A stretch of 64,000 nt of DNA from Methanothrix sp. (GTDB lineage Archaea > Halobacteriota > Methanosarcinia > Methanotrichales > Methanotrichaceae): positions 32,001 to 96,000 of the forward strand of contig JAXGJB010000004.1 in assembly GCA_040770465.1 (NCBI GenBank). The letters are read 5' to 3'. How positions within the stretch are numbered: position 1 is the stretch's first letter; every line of letters starts with the position of its first letter. Below are positions 30,398 through 39,954 of the stretch, one piece after another. Under the pieces are notes generated by a model. It saw only the letters and a list, made by a program, of their open reading frames with translations. It made no database searches and was not told the origin of the DNA. The position numbers were made by a program, and so were the translations under genes.

Positions 30398-31672
30398 TCA
30401 GGCCCTCCGTCCCAGGATCTCTTCGATCTCGACCAGAAGCTGTTGGTCGCTGTCGGATGATGATTCAGATGAGAGGGCCGAGGGCTCGGCCTCGATCTCG
30501 GATTTGAGCGTGAACATGTCAAGTTCCTCCTTCGCCCGGGAGACTCCGCCCCCGGTGATGTTGAGCAGAATGGGATCGTCCTTTTCGACCGTCCCGGATC
30601 GTACGGCCTTTTCGAGAGCTGCGACGGCGATCGCCGCCGCGGGGAGAATGTCGATATTCTCAGACTCCTCGAAGACCCGCTGGGCGAGGGCCGCCTCCCG
30701 GTTTGAGACGGCGTAGACGAGGCCTTTCGTCTCCTCCAGGGCGTCCTTGACGCCGCCTCTGACGGCGTAAGGCGGCTTTCTGTTGTAGAGGACGTCGTCG
30801 TACATCCCGTCGGGACAGGAGCCCACATCCATCTCGGAGCCGGTCCAGGAGGCATAGATGGGGGCGCAGGGGGCGTTCTGGGCGAGGTGGAGCTTCGGGA
30901 GGGCCGAGCCGAAACGGCCGTCTTCGATCAGCCGGATCGATGCCTCCCAGGCGGCGATCCCGCCGGTCCCGCTCCCGACGGCCTGGAAGTAGTGCTTCGG
31001 GAGGGCCTTCATGGTGAGGACCCCGTCAAGCATCACCACCCCCATACCGTCTCTGCGGGCGACGTTCCTCGCCCCACCCTCGCCGACGAACCGGGGATGT
31101 TCGGCGAGCCTTCCGGCGAGGTCGATCGCCTCGGTGTAGTCGCCGTTCACCGAGACGACGCAGATGGTGTCTCGGGGCTCTTCGCAGATCCAGAGCCTGC
31201 CGAGCCCCGAGGACGGGACGACCAGGACGAGGGGGATCATTGCCTTCGAGGCGGCCTGGGCGAAGGCCCTGGCGGTGTTCCCAGCCGAGGCGACCACCAG
31301 GATCTGGCCCTCCTCCAGCTCCGCCATCCTCTCCACCGTCGGCGGAGCTTCCAGGTCCTTGAAGCTGCAGGTGGTAATCTTTCCCCCCCTCTCGGGCCAG
31401 TAGCCGCTGAAGCTGATGTAGAGGTTTCTGAGCCCCAGCTCCCGGGCCAGCCCCTCGCTCCTGTAGGTGACGGGCTTCTCCCCCGACCCCCGGAGGGGCA
31501 TCTTCACGGGGAGCCAGTCGTAGAACTTCCAGAGCCCCGGCAGGTCGTCTCTGGGGGTGAGCCTTTTTGTAAGATACTCGGTCCTGAGGAGTGAGTCGTC
31601 ATTTTGACAGGTGAGAGCGCGTGGCGGCTGCGCATACCCGCAGCCCAGACACCTCACCAGATATTCGCCCAT
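30398..31672 (-). CDS. Cysteate synthase (threonine synthase-like PLP enzyme)
   Basis: TCSFKDLEA, ASAGNTARAF, GGARNVARRDG, YFQAVGSGTGG, LNITGGG; near comDE. Confidence 0.9.
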   Translation of the reverse strand: MGEYLVRCLGCGYAQPPRALTCQNDDSLLRTEYLTKRLTPRDDLPGLWKFYDWLPVKMPLRGSGEKPVTYRSEGLARELGLRNLYISFSGYWPERGGKITTCSFKDLEAPPTVERMAELEEGQILVVASAGNTARAFAQAASKAMIPLVLVVPSSGLGRLWICEEPRDTICVVSVNGDYTEAIDLAGRLAEHPRFVGEGGARNVARRDGMGVVMLDGVLTMKALPKHYFQAVGSGTGGIAAWEASIRLIEDGRFGSALPKLHLAQNAPCAPIYASWTGSEMDVGSCPDGMYDDVLYNRKPPYAVRGGVKDALEETKGLVYAVSNREAALAQRVFEESENIDILPAAAIAVAALEKAVRSGTVEKDDPILLNITGGGVSRAKEELDMFTLKSEIEAEPSALSSESSSDSDQQLLVEIEEILGRRA

Positions 31673-31820
31673 GAGGGTATTTCGGGGGAGATTGGGATAT
31701 AACGTTTTCTGTTTTGTCCAATAATTCGCCCTTATTGTGAAATACTCATCTCTTTAAATGTACTATCTGACCACAAATTTCGCGCTCTTCGGTGCCGGAT
31801 GATGGATCAATGAAATCTTC

Positions 31821-34800
31821 CTAAAATAAGTTATGTCTAATTCGGATCGAGAAATCTTCGCGTTCCCTCGTAAGATTCTGATTATAGTACGGATCTTTGT
31901 CCAGCAAGTCCCCCCACTTATTCCTCATGAAACTGACCTCTTCCTGAAACCTTTTCTGCTTCTCTGGTGTATCTTCGTATCCCCTGCTCAGCGATTCATG
32001 GTGGTACAGCTCTGCGTATGGAGTATAGACAATCCTATATCCCTTCTGTCTCAATTTTAGGCAATAATCTATGTCGTTGAATGCAATGGCCAGGTTTTTC
32101 TCATCAAATCCTCCCACCTCCTCGAATAATGATTTTTTCGTCATCATACAAGCTGCTGTAACTGCACTGAAATTTTGTACCATTTGGATCCGGCAAAAAT
32201 ATCCAGGATTATTTGCAGGAAAGCATTTGTGAGCATGTCCTGCCACACCACCCAAACCGATGATTACCCCAGCATGTTGTATGGATCCATTAGGATAAAG
32301 CAACTTGGCCCCGACAGCTCCAACAGTTCTCCTTTGTGCATGTTCCAACATTGCGACTATCCACCGCTCACTTATTATTTCAACATCGTTATTTAGAAAA
32401 ACTAAAAATTCACTACTGGAATTAGATACAGCAAAATTATTCATCTTAGAGTAATTAAATACCTCATCAAAATGCAAAATTTTTATAAAACTACTATCGA
32501 GCGTTGTGTAATAGTTGAACGTCTCCTCATTTACGCTCTGATTGTCTATTAAAATAATTTCATAATTATCATATAATGTTTTAGCGATAATTGAATTAAC
32601 GCACTTCCTAAGAGTATTAACATTATCCCTTGTTGGGATAATAATCGATATCTTTGGCTCATCAATTATCTTATATTTAATCCTGTAGTCTACGCCCAAA
32701 CAGACGCCCACAGAGATCTTCTCTATTCTAATCTCTCTCCTCATCATAGCATCTTCCAAAGCTTTTATTGCACCCTGATATGCATACGACTTTGCTTCAC
32801 ATGATGACGCTGTTGATTCCTGTGCAGTCCTCCAGTGGTAGAGTATCTTCGGGATATGCCCAATCCCATCCTCTCCGATTCGCTCGGTGACCCGCAAGAA
32901 TAGGTCGTAATCCTGAGATCCATCGTACTCCGACCTGAAGCCTCCAACCTCGTCGACAAGCCTCTTTCTTATCATCGAAAGGTGGCAAAGATAGTTGCAG
33001 GAGAGGAACATGTCTGGGGACCAGTCCGGCTTGAAGAAGGGGTCATGCCTCGCCCCCGTCTCATCGATCTTATCTTCATCAGAGTAGACGTAATCGAGGT
33101 TTGGATTTTCGTTCAAAAGCTTGACGACCTCATATAGGGCGAATGGAGCAAGCTCATCATCGTGATCGAGGAAGGCCACGAAGTCACCGGTAGCCATCGA
33201 GAGCGCCTCGTTGGAGTTTCCAGCTATGCCTCGGTTCTCCGACAGGAACCTTACAAGTATCCTTGGATTGGCTGCCTCGTACTCCTCCAGAACATCCCTC
33301 ACGTGAGGCCTTTCAGATCTTCCCTCGGCGATGCAAAGCTCCCAGTTGTCGTATACCTGGCCCAGGACGGACTCTATCGCCCGCCTCAGCCACCTCTCTT
33401 CGGTGTTCCAGACCGGGGTTATGATGCTGATCTTTGGCCTGTATTTGAGTGAAAGCGCCCTTTTTTTAAGCACTTCAAGCTCCCGTTGCGAGGGCTCGTT
33501 TTTAAGCCGCCACAAGTGGTATCTGTCCCACACCTTCAGGCTGCTGAAGGCCTGAAGGCCAATCTGCCCTTCAATCTCCCTTCCGGATCTGTACAGCCTG
33601 AGCTCCTTGAATTTTGAAGCAGGATCGTACCAGACGGCGGCATGGGGTTCGCCCTCGGATTTAAGCTCGAAAAAAATCATCTCTTCCGGGATCTCTTTTA
33701 CGGGTTTGAACCTGAACGGGGTATAATCGTTATCTTTGATGGCCTGGCCCTTCACCTTCGCCTCTCTTATGACCGGACCCTTGGGGGAGCCTTTCAGCCT
33801 CAAGGTCAGATCCGAGTTTCTCCTCCTGTAGCTAGCCGTGAATATCCTCACCTCATTCAAGCCTTCAGTCGGAAAGATGAACTCACCGGACAAGACCTCA
33901 TCTAGGGGGAGGGGAACGCAGCTCGACGAGCCGAGCCTGTTTGTCTCAAACAGGGGTGTATTCAGGTTTTCTTTTAAGAAGGGTATCTTTGAAGACATCT
34001 TCCACCTAACCCTGAAAGAAAGGCTTTTCAGCCCCTCGTTCACCAGGATTCTCCCCCCCTCAAGCCACAGATCGTAGCATCTCCGCCGTCTCGTTCCCAG
34101 CGGCATCCTCCGCTCCACCAACCAGTTGTGGTAATTCATCAGAAGCTGCCAGACGATGCTCCGCCGCATATCGAAGATATCCTTCTCCAACCCCTGAACC
34201 CTCTCATTTTGTTCTGATATCTTGATGGCGAGGTCTTCTGCTCGTTCTCTTTCCCTCCTTAGTTCCTCTTTTATGGCGGCGATTTTGCCATCTCGATTTG
34301 ATATCGTGGTGGCAAGGGCCTCTGCTCTTTCTTTTTCTTTCTGGAGTTCCTCGCCAATGGCAGTGATTCGCTCGTCGCGTTCAGATACTGCCTGGTCTAA
34401 GGATTCCATTTTGAATCCAATCTTGGATATCTGATATTCGAGGTTTTTTATGTGAGTGTCCTTAGATTCTGGAATTGCTCTTAGGCAGTCGAATAAAAGA
34501 GAAACTAGCTTCTGATACTTGATTATGTCAAATCTGGTTGAAAAATTGATCATTGCTTGAAGTTTATTTATGGGCAGAGATCCTTTTTTACCAATAATAT
34601 ATATTCGTCTGTATGTCGGCTCTATCAAGTCACCCAACTCGATGAAGTTCTCATTGTAGAACCTATAGACTGCCTTTATCTTATCAGCGGGTGGACCATA
34701 TTTATAAGAGTAAAATATGAAACATTGTAGCAGATACCAGTTTAGTATGTTGTTTGTCGTCACCACAAAAAAATCATAACCTTCCTCTATTAAATAACGC

Positions 34801-35318
34801 TCTAATTCGTCTTTTTTAGGCAGGTTGGTTTTTATGTGCTCTTCAAGCCATGGATGTTGTCTTTCCGTAATCTCTAAGAAAAAATTGTTGGCCCTATTCT
34901 CGGCTTCCTCATTCTCTTCAGAGTAGAAGGGGCCGCCAAGTATTATGTAGTTTTTACTAATTCTTAGCATCTCTGATAATGATATTATCCTGTCACTCGG
35001 ATTGATATGCTCATAAAGGTCCGAAGATATCACCACATCAAAGGAATCGTCCTCGAAAGGGGCCTTTTTAATATTTCCAACAATATAATTCTTTTCTTGT
35101 TGTTCGCTTCTTCTTATATCAATGATGTATAGCTTGTTTCTTTTATGTAAAAATTTTATCAGGTCTCCGTTCCGTCCTCCTACATCCAAAATCTCAAATC
35201 CTCCGCCCGCCCTTAAAATATCAACCAAATTATTTATTAATTTGTTTCTTGTATATAGATCAAATGGCAAGCTTAATATATCATTCTCATTTTGGCTCAT
35301 ATTGTATTTCTCCCGCAT
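31821..35318 (-). CDS. Multidomain methyltransferase + coiled coil + two GT2 glycosyltransferase domains (WsaE-like), 1165 aa
   Basis: ILDVGG..G and FDVVIS.D.YEH; heptad region; PKISIITPVWN/FLDHDD/YSDED/SQDYD; PKISIIIPT/FLNND/SAVTAAC/FNDIDYC. Confidence 0.85.
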   Translation of the reverse strand: MREKYNMSQNENDILSLPFDLYTRNKLINNLVDILRAGGGFEILDVGGRNGDLIKFLHKRNKLYIIDIRRSEQQEKNYIVGNIKKAPFEDDSFDVVISSDLYEHINPSDRIISLSEMLRISKNYIILGGPFYSEENEEAENRANNFFLEITERQHPWLEEHIKTNLPKKDELERYLIEEGYDFFVVTTNNILNWYLLQCFIFYSYKYGPPADKIKAVYRFYNENFIELGDLIEPTYRRIYIIGKKGSLPINKLQAMINFSTRFDIIKYQKLVSLLFDCLRAIPESKDTHIKNLEYQISKIGFKMESLDQAVSERDERITAIGEELQKEKERAEALATTISNRDGKIAAIKEELRRERERAEDLAIKISEQNERVQGLEKDIFDMRRSIVWQLLMNYHNWLVERRMPLGTRRRRCYDLWLEGGRILVNEGLKSLSFRVRWKMSSKIPFLKENLNTPLFETNRLGSSSCVPLPLDEVLSGEFIFPTEGLNEVRIFTASYRRRNSDLTLRLKGSPKGPVIREAKVKGQAIKDNDYTPFRFKPVKEIPEEMIFFELKSEGEPHAAVWYDPASKFKELRLYRSGREIEGQIGLQAFSSLKVWDRYHLWRLKNEPSQRELEVLKKRALSLKYRPKISIITPVWNTEERWLRRAIESVLGQVYDNWELCIAEGRSERPHVRDVLEEYEAANPRILVRFLSENRGIAGNSNEALSMATGDFVAFLDHDDELAPFALYEVVKLLNENPNLDYVYSDEDKIDETGARHDPFFKPDWSPDMFLSCNYLCHLSMIRKRLVDEVGGFRSEYDGSQDYDLFLRVTERIGEDGIGHIPKILYHWRTAQESTASSCEAKSYAYQGAIKALEDAMMRREIRIEKISVGVCLGVDYRIKYKIIDEPKISIIIPTRDNVNTLRKCVNSIIAKTLYDNYEIILIDNQSVNEETFNYYTTLDSSFIKILHFDEVFNYSKMNNFAVSNSSSEFLVFLNNDVEIISERWIVAMLEHAQRRTVGAVGAKLLYPNGSIQHAGVIIGLGGVAGHAHKCFPANNPGYFCRIQMVQNFSAVTAACMMTKKSLFEEVGGFDEKNLAIAFNDIDYCLKLRQKGYRIVYTPYAELYHHESLSRGYEDTPEKQKRFQEEVSFMRNKWGDLLDKDPYYNQNLTREREDFSIRIRHNLF

Positions 35319-35371
35319 ATTTTAATATCCCACTCATACTTCGTCGTTTTCGCCGATCCATTAATCCACAA

Positions 35372-36331
35372 TTAATTGCTATAATCTTTTCTTTGGCGTA
35401 TCGCCGACAAAGCGAAGGCCGGTCCATTTGGATGTTCTAGGTGATCAAAGCCGACTTGAACATCGTTAAATCCGAAGTGTGCTAGGCAAGCCAAGATATC
35501 TTCGCGGCTCGTCCAGTTGCTGAATATATCGCTCCCACCGCAAAAGCTCATCGAATCGAGCGCCCTATCGTATTCGTACCTGTGTAGCTCGTGCCGAAAA
35601 CCACTATACTCAAACGTCGTGCGATCCCCAAATTTGTTATCTGGAATTAATGGGTTTTTAGATATGATCTCTTCATCATAGTAATGCGTCCAGATGAACA
35701 ACTTATCTGTAACCTTGGACAATAGAGCGATCAGCTCAACGGGATTCTTCATGTGGTATAGCACCCCAGAGGCTATTGCTACGTCAAATCTCTGATCATT
35801 ATTTCTCAAGTACTCGACAAAATCACCACACAAGAAGCGCGCTTTTTTTATCCCTAATATCTCCTTCGCGATCAAGCACTTGAGATATGCACGGGTATTC
35901 GCCTCGATCGAAAGAATGGAAGCTGCGCCAAGCCGCTCTAGCATGTAAGTGTGCCCTCCTTCCAGTGGACCGAGTTCCAATACATTTTTGCCTTCCACTC
36001 CACCAAGCTGCTTTGCAGCCCATAATATGCGCGGATCTTCAAAAAGAAGACTGGACCCCGCCTCCAGGTATGAAAAAGGCTCAGGAAATTTAGATGCCCA
36101 CTCGCCCTTAAAGATGTCAACTGCATTCTGGGGGTTTGGGTTAGATTTTATATACTGATCGAGAACGAGATTTCGAACCTCAATTTGGCTTAGTTCAGAC
36201 CTGCGCTCAGTTTTTTCGCTGGTAATCGATTTACTTGCGGGATCATTCCCAGCCATCTTAACCGATAAGCTCGAAAAAGGCCTCAATTTGTCTTTTACTA
36301 AACAAAATAATTTATTCAAATTCCTCACCAA
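35372..36331 (-). CDS. Class I SAM-dependent methyltransferase
   Basis: VLELGPLEGGHT, SIEAN, ASGVLYHM.NP. Confidence 0.85.
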   Translation of the reverse strand: MVRNLNKLFCLVKDKLRPFSSLSVKMAGNDPASKSITSEKTERRSELSQIEVRNLVLDQYIKSNPNPQNAVDIFKGEWASKFPEPFSYLEAGSSLLFEDPRILWAAKQLGGVEGKNVLELGPLEGGHTYMLERLGAASILSIEANTRAYLKCLIAKEILGIKKARFLCGDFVEYLRNNDQRFDVAIASGVLYHMKNPVELIALLSKVTDKLFIWTHYYDEEIISKNPLIPDNKFGDRTTFEYSGFRHELHRYEYDRALDSMSFCGGSDIFSNWTSREDILACLAHFGFNDVQVGFDHLEHPNGPAFALSAIRQRKDYSN

Positions 36332-36354
36332 TAACCATAATTTATAATATATTA

Positions 36355-37188
36355 TTAACTATTTTCAGTGTGTCCGAGGATCCTCGCGTACTCCTCCACC
36401 ACCAGATCAGCCTCGCCCAAGGCGACCATCCTCCCCTCTTCCAGAAGGAGGCATCTCTCGCATAAGTTCCTTACCGTATCCAGAGCGTGGGAGACTAGAA
36501 GGATCGTCTTTCCTGCCCGGCGGATCTCGTCGATCTTCTCCGCGCACTTCTTCTGGAAGGCCTCATCCCCCACCGACAAGACCTCGTCGACCAGGAGGAC
36601 GTCGGGGTCGGTCTGAATAGCCGTCGAGAAGGCGAGCTTGACGTACATCCCGGATGAGAAGTTCTTAAGCTTCATGTTCTCAAACCGCTTCAGCTCCGCG
36701 AACTCCAGGATCTCCTCTCGCTTCCCCTCGATCTGCCGTCGCGAGAGCCCCATGATGGCGCCGTAGAGGCGGATGTTCTCCGTCGCCGTCAGCTCCGTGT
36801 GAAACCCCACCCCCAGCTCCAGGAAGGGTGCGATCTTCCCCGCGATCCTCACCCTCCCGGCGTCGGGGCGGAGGACCCCGGCCAGGACCTTGAGGAGGGT
36901 GCTCTTCCCGCAGCCGTTCGGCCCGATGACCCCAAAGGTCTCGCCCCGGCCGACGGTGAAGCTGACATCCTCCAGAGCGGAGAATACCTCGTAGGTGTAA
37001 CTCCCGCCCCTCACCATCCCCACCAGATGGTCATAGAAGGTCGACTTCTTCTCGTGGGGTATCCGAAACCTCTTGGATAGCCCCTCGACGACGATGGCAT
37101 CGTTTCCGTTTCTGTCGGCGGCTCCGTCGCCCCCGTTTATCACGGCCTCTATCGCCTTCAGGCCTGCAAGATTGAAGGGCAGGGGCAA
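36355..37188 (-). CDS. wzt: Polysaccharide ABC exporter ATPase (Wzt)
   Basis: [29 protein letters not shown]. Confidence 0.9.
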   Translation of the reverse strand: MPLPFNLAGLKAIEAVINGGDGAADRNGNDAIVVEGLSKRFRIPHEKKSTFYDHLVGMVRGGSYTYEVFSALEDVSFTVGRGETFGVIGPNGCGKSTLLKVLAGVLRPDAGRVRIAGKIAPFLELGVGFHTELTATENIRLYGAIMGLSRRQIEGKREEILEFAELKRFENMKLKNFSSGMYVKLAFSTAIQTDPDVLLVDEVLSVGDEAFQKKCAEKIDEIRRAGKTILLVSHALDTVRNLCERCLLLEEGRMVALGEADLVVEEYARILGHTENS

Positions 37189-37950
37189 TCAGATCTCCTC
37201 CGCAAACCTTCCCTCAAGCCGCCCAAATAGGACGGTCCCCGCGAGTAGAAGCGCCCCCGCGGCTACGATGACGATAGCGATCTCGCCTAAGGAGGGGGGC
37301 TCTCCGTAGAGGAGCGTCTCCCGGTACATCTCTATCAAGACTGTGGCGGGGTTTTTCATGTAGATGCCGAGGTACTTTTCTGGAACTATCGATATCGGGT
37401 ATACTATCGGCGAGAGGAAGAAGGCGGCCTGGAGGATGACCTCCCAGATCTGGTTCAGATCCCTGTAGTAGACGTAGAGGGCCGCCAGAATCAGGCTCGT
37501 CCCGTAGACGATCAAGAGGAAGACGGCGTGGATCAGGGGGAAGAAGAGGACGTTTATGGATAGGTCCACCCCGAAGAAGAGAAGGAGGGGGACGAGGACA
37601 AAGAACTCCAGGATCGAGCTTGTGAAGCTTGAGAGGACGCTGGCGAGAACGAGGATCTGGCGGGGGACGTAAACCTTGGTGACCAGGCTCGGCTTGTTCA
37701 CGATCGCCGACATCGAGGTGGAGGTCCCGTTCTGTAAAAACCGCCAGCCTACGATCCCTATGAGGAGATAAAGGGCGAAGTTATCCTGATCTACCCGGAA
37801 GACGTTCTTGAAGACCGCATAGAGGACCAGCATCATCAATAGCGGGTTCAATAGAGACCAGGCAAACCCCAGAACCGAGCTCTGGTACTTCACCTTGAGG
37901 TCGCTGACGGTCAAGATCCTTATCAGTTCCCTGTACTCGACGATCCACAT
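37189..37950 (-). CDS. wzm: Polysaccharide ABC exporter permease (Wzm)
   Basis: KY..SVLGF.WS.LNPL, YRD, SPIVYP, NP; six TM. Confidence 0.9.
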   Translation of the reverse strand: MWIVEYRELIRILTVSDLKVKYQSSVLGFAWSLLNPLLMMLVLYAVFKNVFRVDQDNFALYLLIGIVGWRFLQNGTSTSMSAIVNKPSLVTKVYVPRQILVLASVLSSFTSSILEFFVLVPLLLFFGVDLSINVLFFPLIHAVFLLIVYGTSLILAALYVYYRDLNQIWEVILQAAFFLSPIVYPISIVPEKYLGIYMKNPATVLIEMYRETLLYGEPPSLGEIAIVIVAAGALLLAGTVLFGRLEGRFAEEI

Positions 37951-37951
37951 C

Positions 37952-38893
37952 TCAGGGCTCCCTGATCTCGCTCCAAGTCCTTATATGTTTGCGTATCTCC
38001 CTCTCCGATACCTTCCGGACCACCTTCTTTCGCCTCCCCAGCATCAGGGGCAGGCCCCGCAATCCGTCGACCTTCGACCTCAGGGCCGTCCTTCCCTGGC
38101 CACGGAGGGCGTAATATGGGATGACGGCGAGGTTCCGCCCTGCGATCCAGGGGAGCGACGTCACCAGAAGCCTTGCGGGGAAGTCCTTGACCGGATACCA
38201 GAGGACGTTCCTGTTCCCGTAGTATACCGATAGATCCGAGCCAAACCCCGCCGTCCCGCCGTGAAAGTGGCAGACCCTGGCTTCTGGAACGAAGAGGCAC
38301 CTCCATCCCGCAAGCTGCCCCCGGAAGGCCAGGTCCACATCCTCCATGTACATGAAGAAATCCTCGTCGAAGAGGCCGATCTCCTCGAGCATCTCTCTCC
38401 GGTAAAGGCCGGCCCCCGCCGACGGGCCGAAGACCTCACAGGCCTCGTCATACTGGCCATGGTCCGCCTCCCCCATCCCCCGGTCCCAGGCGGCGCCGCT
38501 CCGGGAGACGCAGATCCCCGTGGAGTTTATCCTTCCGTCGAAAAGGAGCATCTTTGGTGCCACCATCCCCACCCCATCGTCAGAACCGATGGCCTCAGCC
38601 AGACACCTGAGCAGGTCTCTGTCGGCTATCGTGTCGTTGTTGAGGGTCAGGATGAACTCGCCACGGGCGGATCTGATGCCGGAGTTCACGCCCCCGGCAA
38701 AGCCCAGGTTCGTCTCATTTTCTACGATCCTGACCTCTGGAAACTTCTCTCTTGTAAACTCAGCACTCCCATCGGAGGACCCGTTGTCCACGAGAATAGT
38801 CTCAAAATTCCTGAAGGTCTGGTCCGATAGAGAGGAGAGGCATCCTTCCAGGTAACGCCTGCCGTTGTAGTTCGGAACAACAACGCTTATCAT
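37952..38893 (-). CDS. GT2 glycosyltransferase (rhamnosyltransferase-like); ORF open to 39001
   Basis: SVVVPNYNG, VDNGS.DGS, NLGFAGG.N, LNND, FDEDFFMY.EDVD. Confidence 0.9.
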   Translation of the reverse strand: MISVVVPNYNGRRYLEGCLSSLSDQTFRNFETILVDNGSSDGSAEFTREKFPEVRIVENETNLGFAGGVNSGIRSARGEFILTLNNDTIADRDLLRCLAEAIGSDDGVGMVAPKMLLFDGRINSTGICVSRSGAAWDRGMGEADHGQYDEACEVFGPSAGAGLYRREMLEEIGLFDEDFFMYMEDVDLAFRGQLAGWRCLFVPEARVCHFHGGTAGFGSDLSVYYGNRNVLWYPVKDFPARLLVTSLPWIAGRNLAVIPYYALRGQGRTALRSKVDGLRGLPLMLGRRKKVVRKVSEREIRKHIRTWSEIREP

Positions 38894-39003
38894 GCCAGGT
38901 CGAATCTCAGGACTCCTCCTCCCGGGCCTCACATTCATATCAGCCCTAAGCCTCGAAACGCCCCCACTCCCCCCCTGAGTTTTGATACCCTCTCGCGCCA
39001 TCG

Positions 39004-39915
39004 TTATTCGGACCAGCCGTAATATTCCATCAGCAGACCTACCCCTTCAGGCAGAGAATATCTCGATCTAAAGCCGAGAATCGCTTCGGCCTTGGAAGTA
39101 TCGGCCAGAGTGTGGGCAACATAATTTTTGATGGGGTTATCGACGTGAACCGGCGCGACGTCGAGTTTCATCTTCTCAGCCAGGATCTCAACCACCTCGT
39201 TGAAGCTGTAGCTCTTTCCAGTTCCGACATTTAGGACTCCGACGTAGTCTGATCTCATGGCGAGCATCAGAGCCCGGACCACGTCTTTAACGTAGACGAA
39301 GTCCCGGGTCTGTCTCCCGTCCCCGTAGATGACGGGAGCCTTGCCGCCCATAATCTCCCAAAAAAACTGAGAGATGATGTTCGCGTACCGCTTCTTCGAC
39401 CTCTCCCTCGGCCCGTAGACGGAGAAGAACCGCGTTCCTACAGAATCTACATTGAAGAGCTTCTTGTAAAGATCGGCGATCCGTTCCATGGAGAACATCG
39501 CCTCGGTGTAGTAGTCGGTGACTGCAACCTCCATATCTTCTCGATGAGGTGGAGTCTGGCCGCTGTAGAGGGAAGACGTCGAGGCGTAAACGACCCTGCA
39601 TCCGGATTTTTTTGCCAGCTCCAGAACCGCTATCATCCCCTTAATCGCTTCGCCCACCAGCATCGGGTCTCTCTTGTACATCGGCGAGGACGACGGGATG
39701 CCCAGATGATATATGGAGCTGGGGCTTATCTCCAGATCGAGCAAGTTGATGCTGCTGCCAGAAACGACTTCAACATCCCCCGATAAACCCTCCAGGTTCT
39801 TCCCGTTTCCGGTGCTCAGATCGTCCAGAACCACGACCTCTTCGCCCGAAGCCAGAAGGCTCTCCACCAGGTTTGAGCCGATGAACCCGGCACCCCCTGT
39901 AACAAGAACGGTCAA
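39004..39915 (-). CDS. NAD-dependent epimerase/dehydratase
   Basis: TGGAGFIGS, YAST, VYGP, GDG.QTRDF. Confidence 0.85.
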   Translation of the reverse strand: MTVLVTGGAGFIGSNLVESLLASGEEVVVLDDLSTGNGKNLEGLSGDVEVVSGSSINLLDLEISPSSIYHLGIPSSSPMYKRDPMLVGEAIKGMIAVLELAKKSGCRVVYASTSSLYSGQTPPHREDMEVAVTDYYTEAMFSMERIADLYKKLFNVDSVGTRFFSVYGPRERSKKRYANIISQFFWEIMGGKAPVIYGDGRQTRDFVYVKDVVRALMLAMRSDYVGVLNVGTGKSYSFNEVVEILAEKMKLDVAPVHVDNPIKNYVAHTLADTSKAEAILGFRSRYSLPEGVGLLMEYYGWSE

Positions 39916-39954
39916 AATATATCCTCCAAAATCTACATAAAATTATTATGTAAT

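Noticed and set aside
30398-31672. Second threonine synthase
   Set aside because: Motifs and comDE context indicate cysteate synthase; thrC is at the window end
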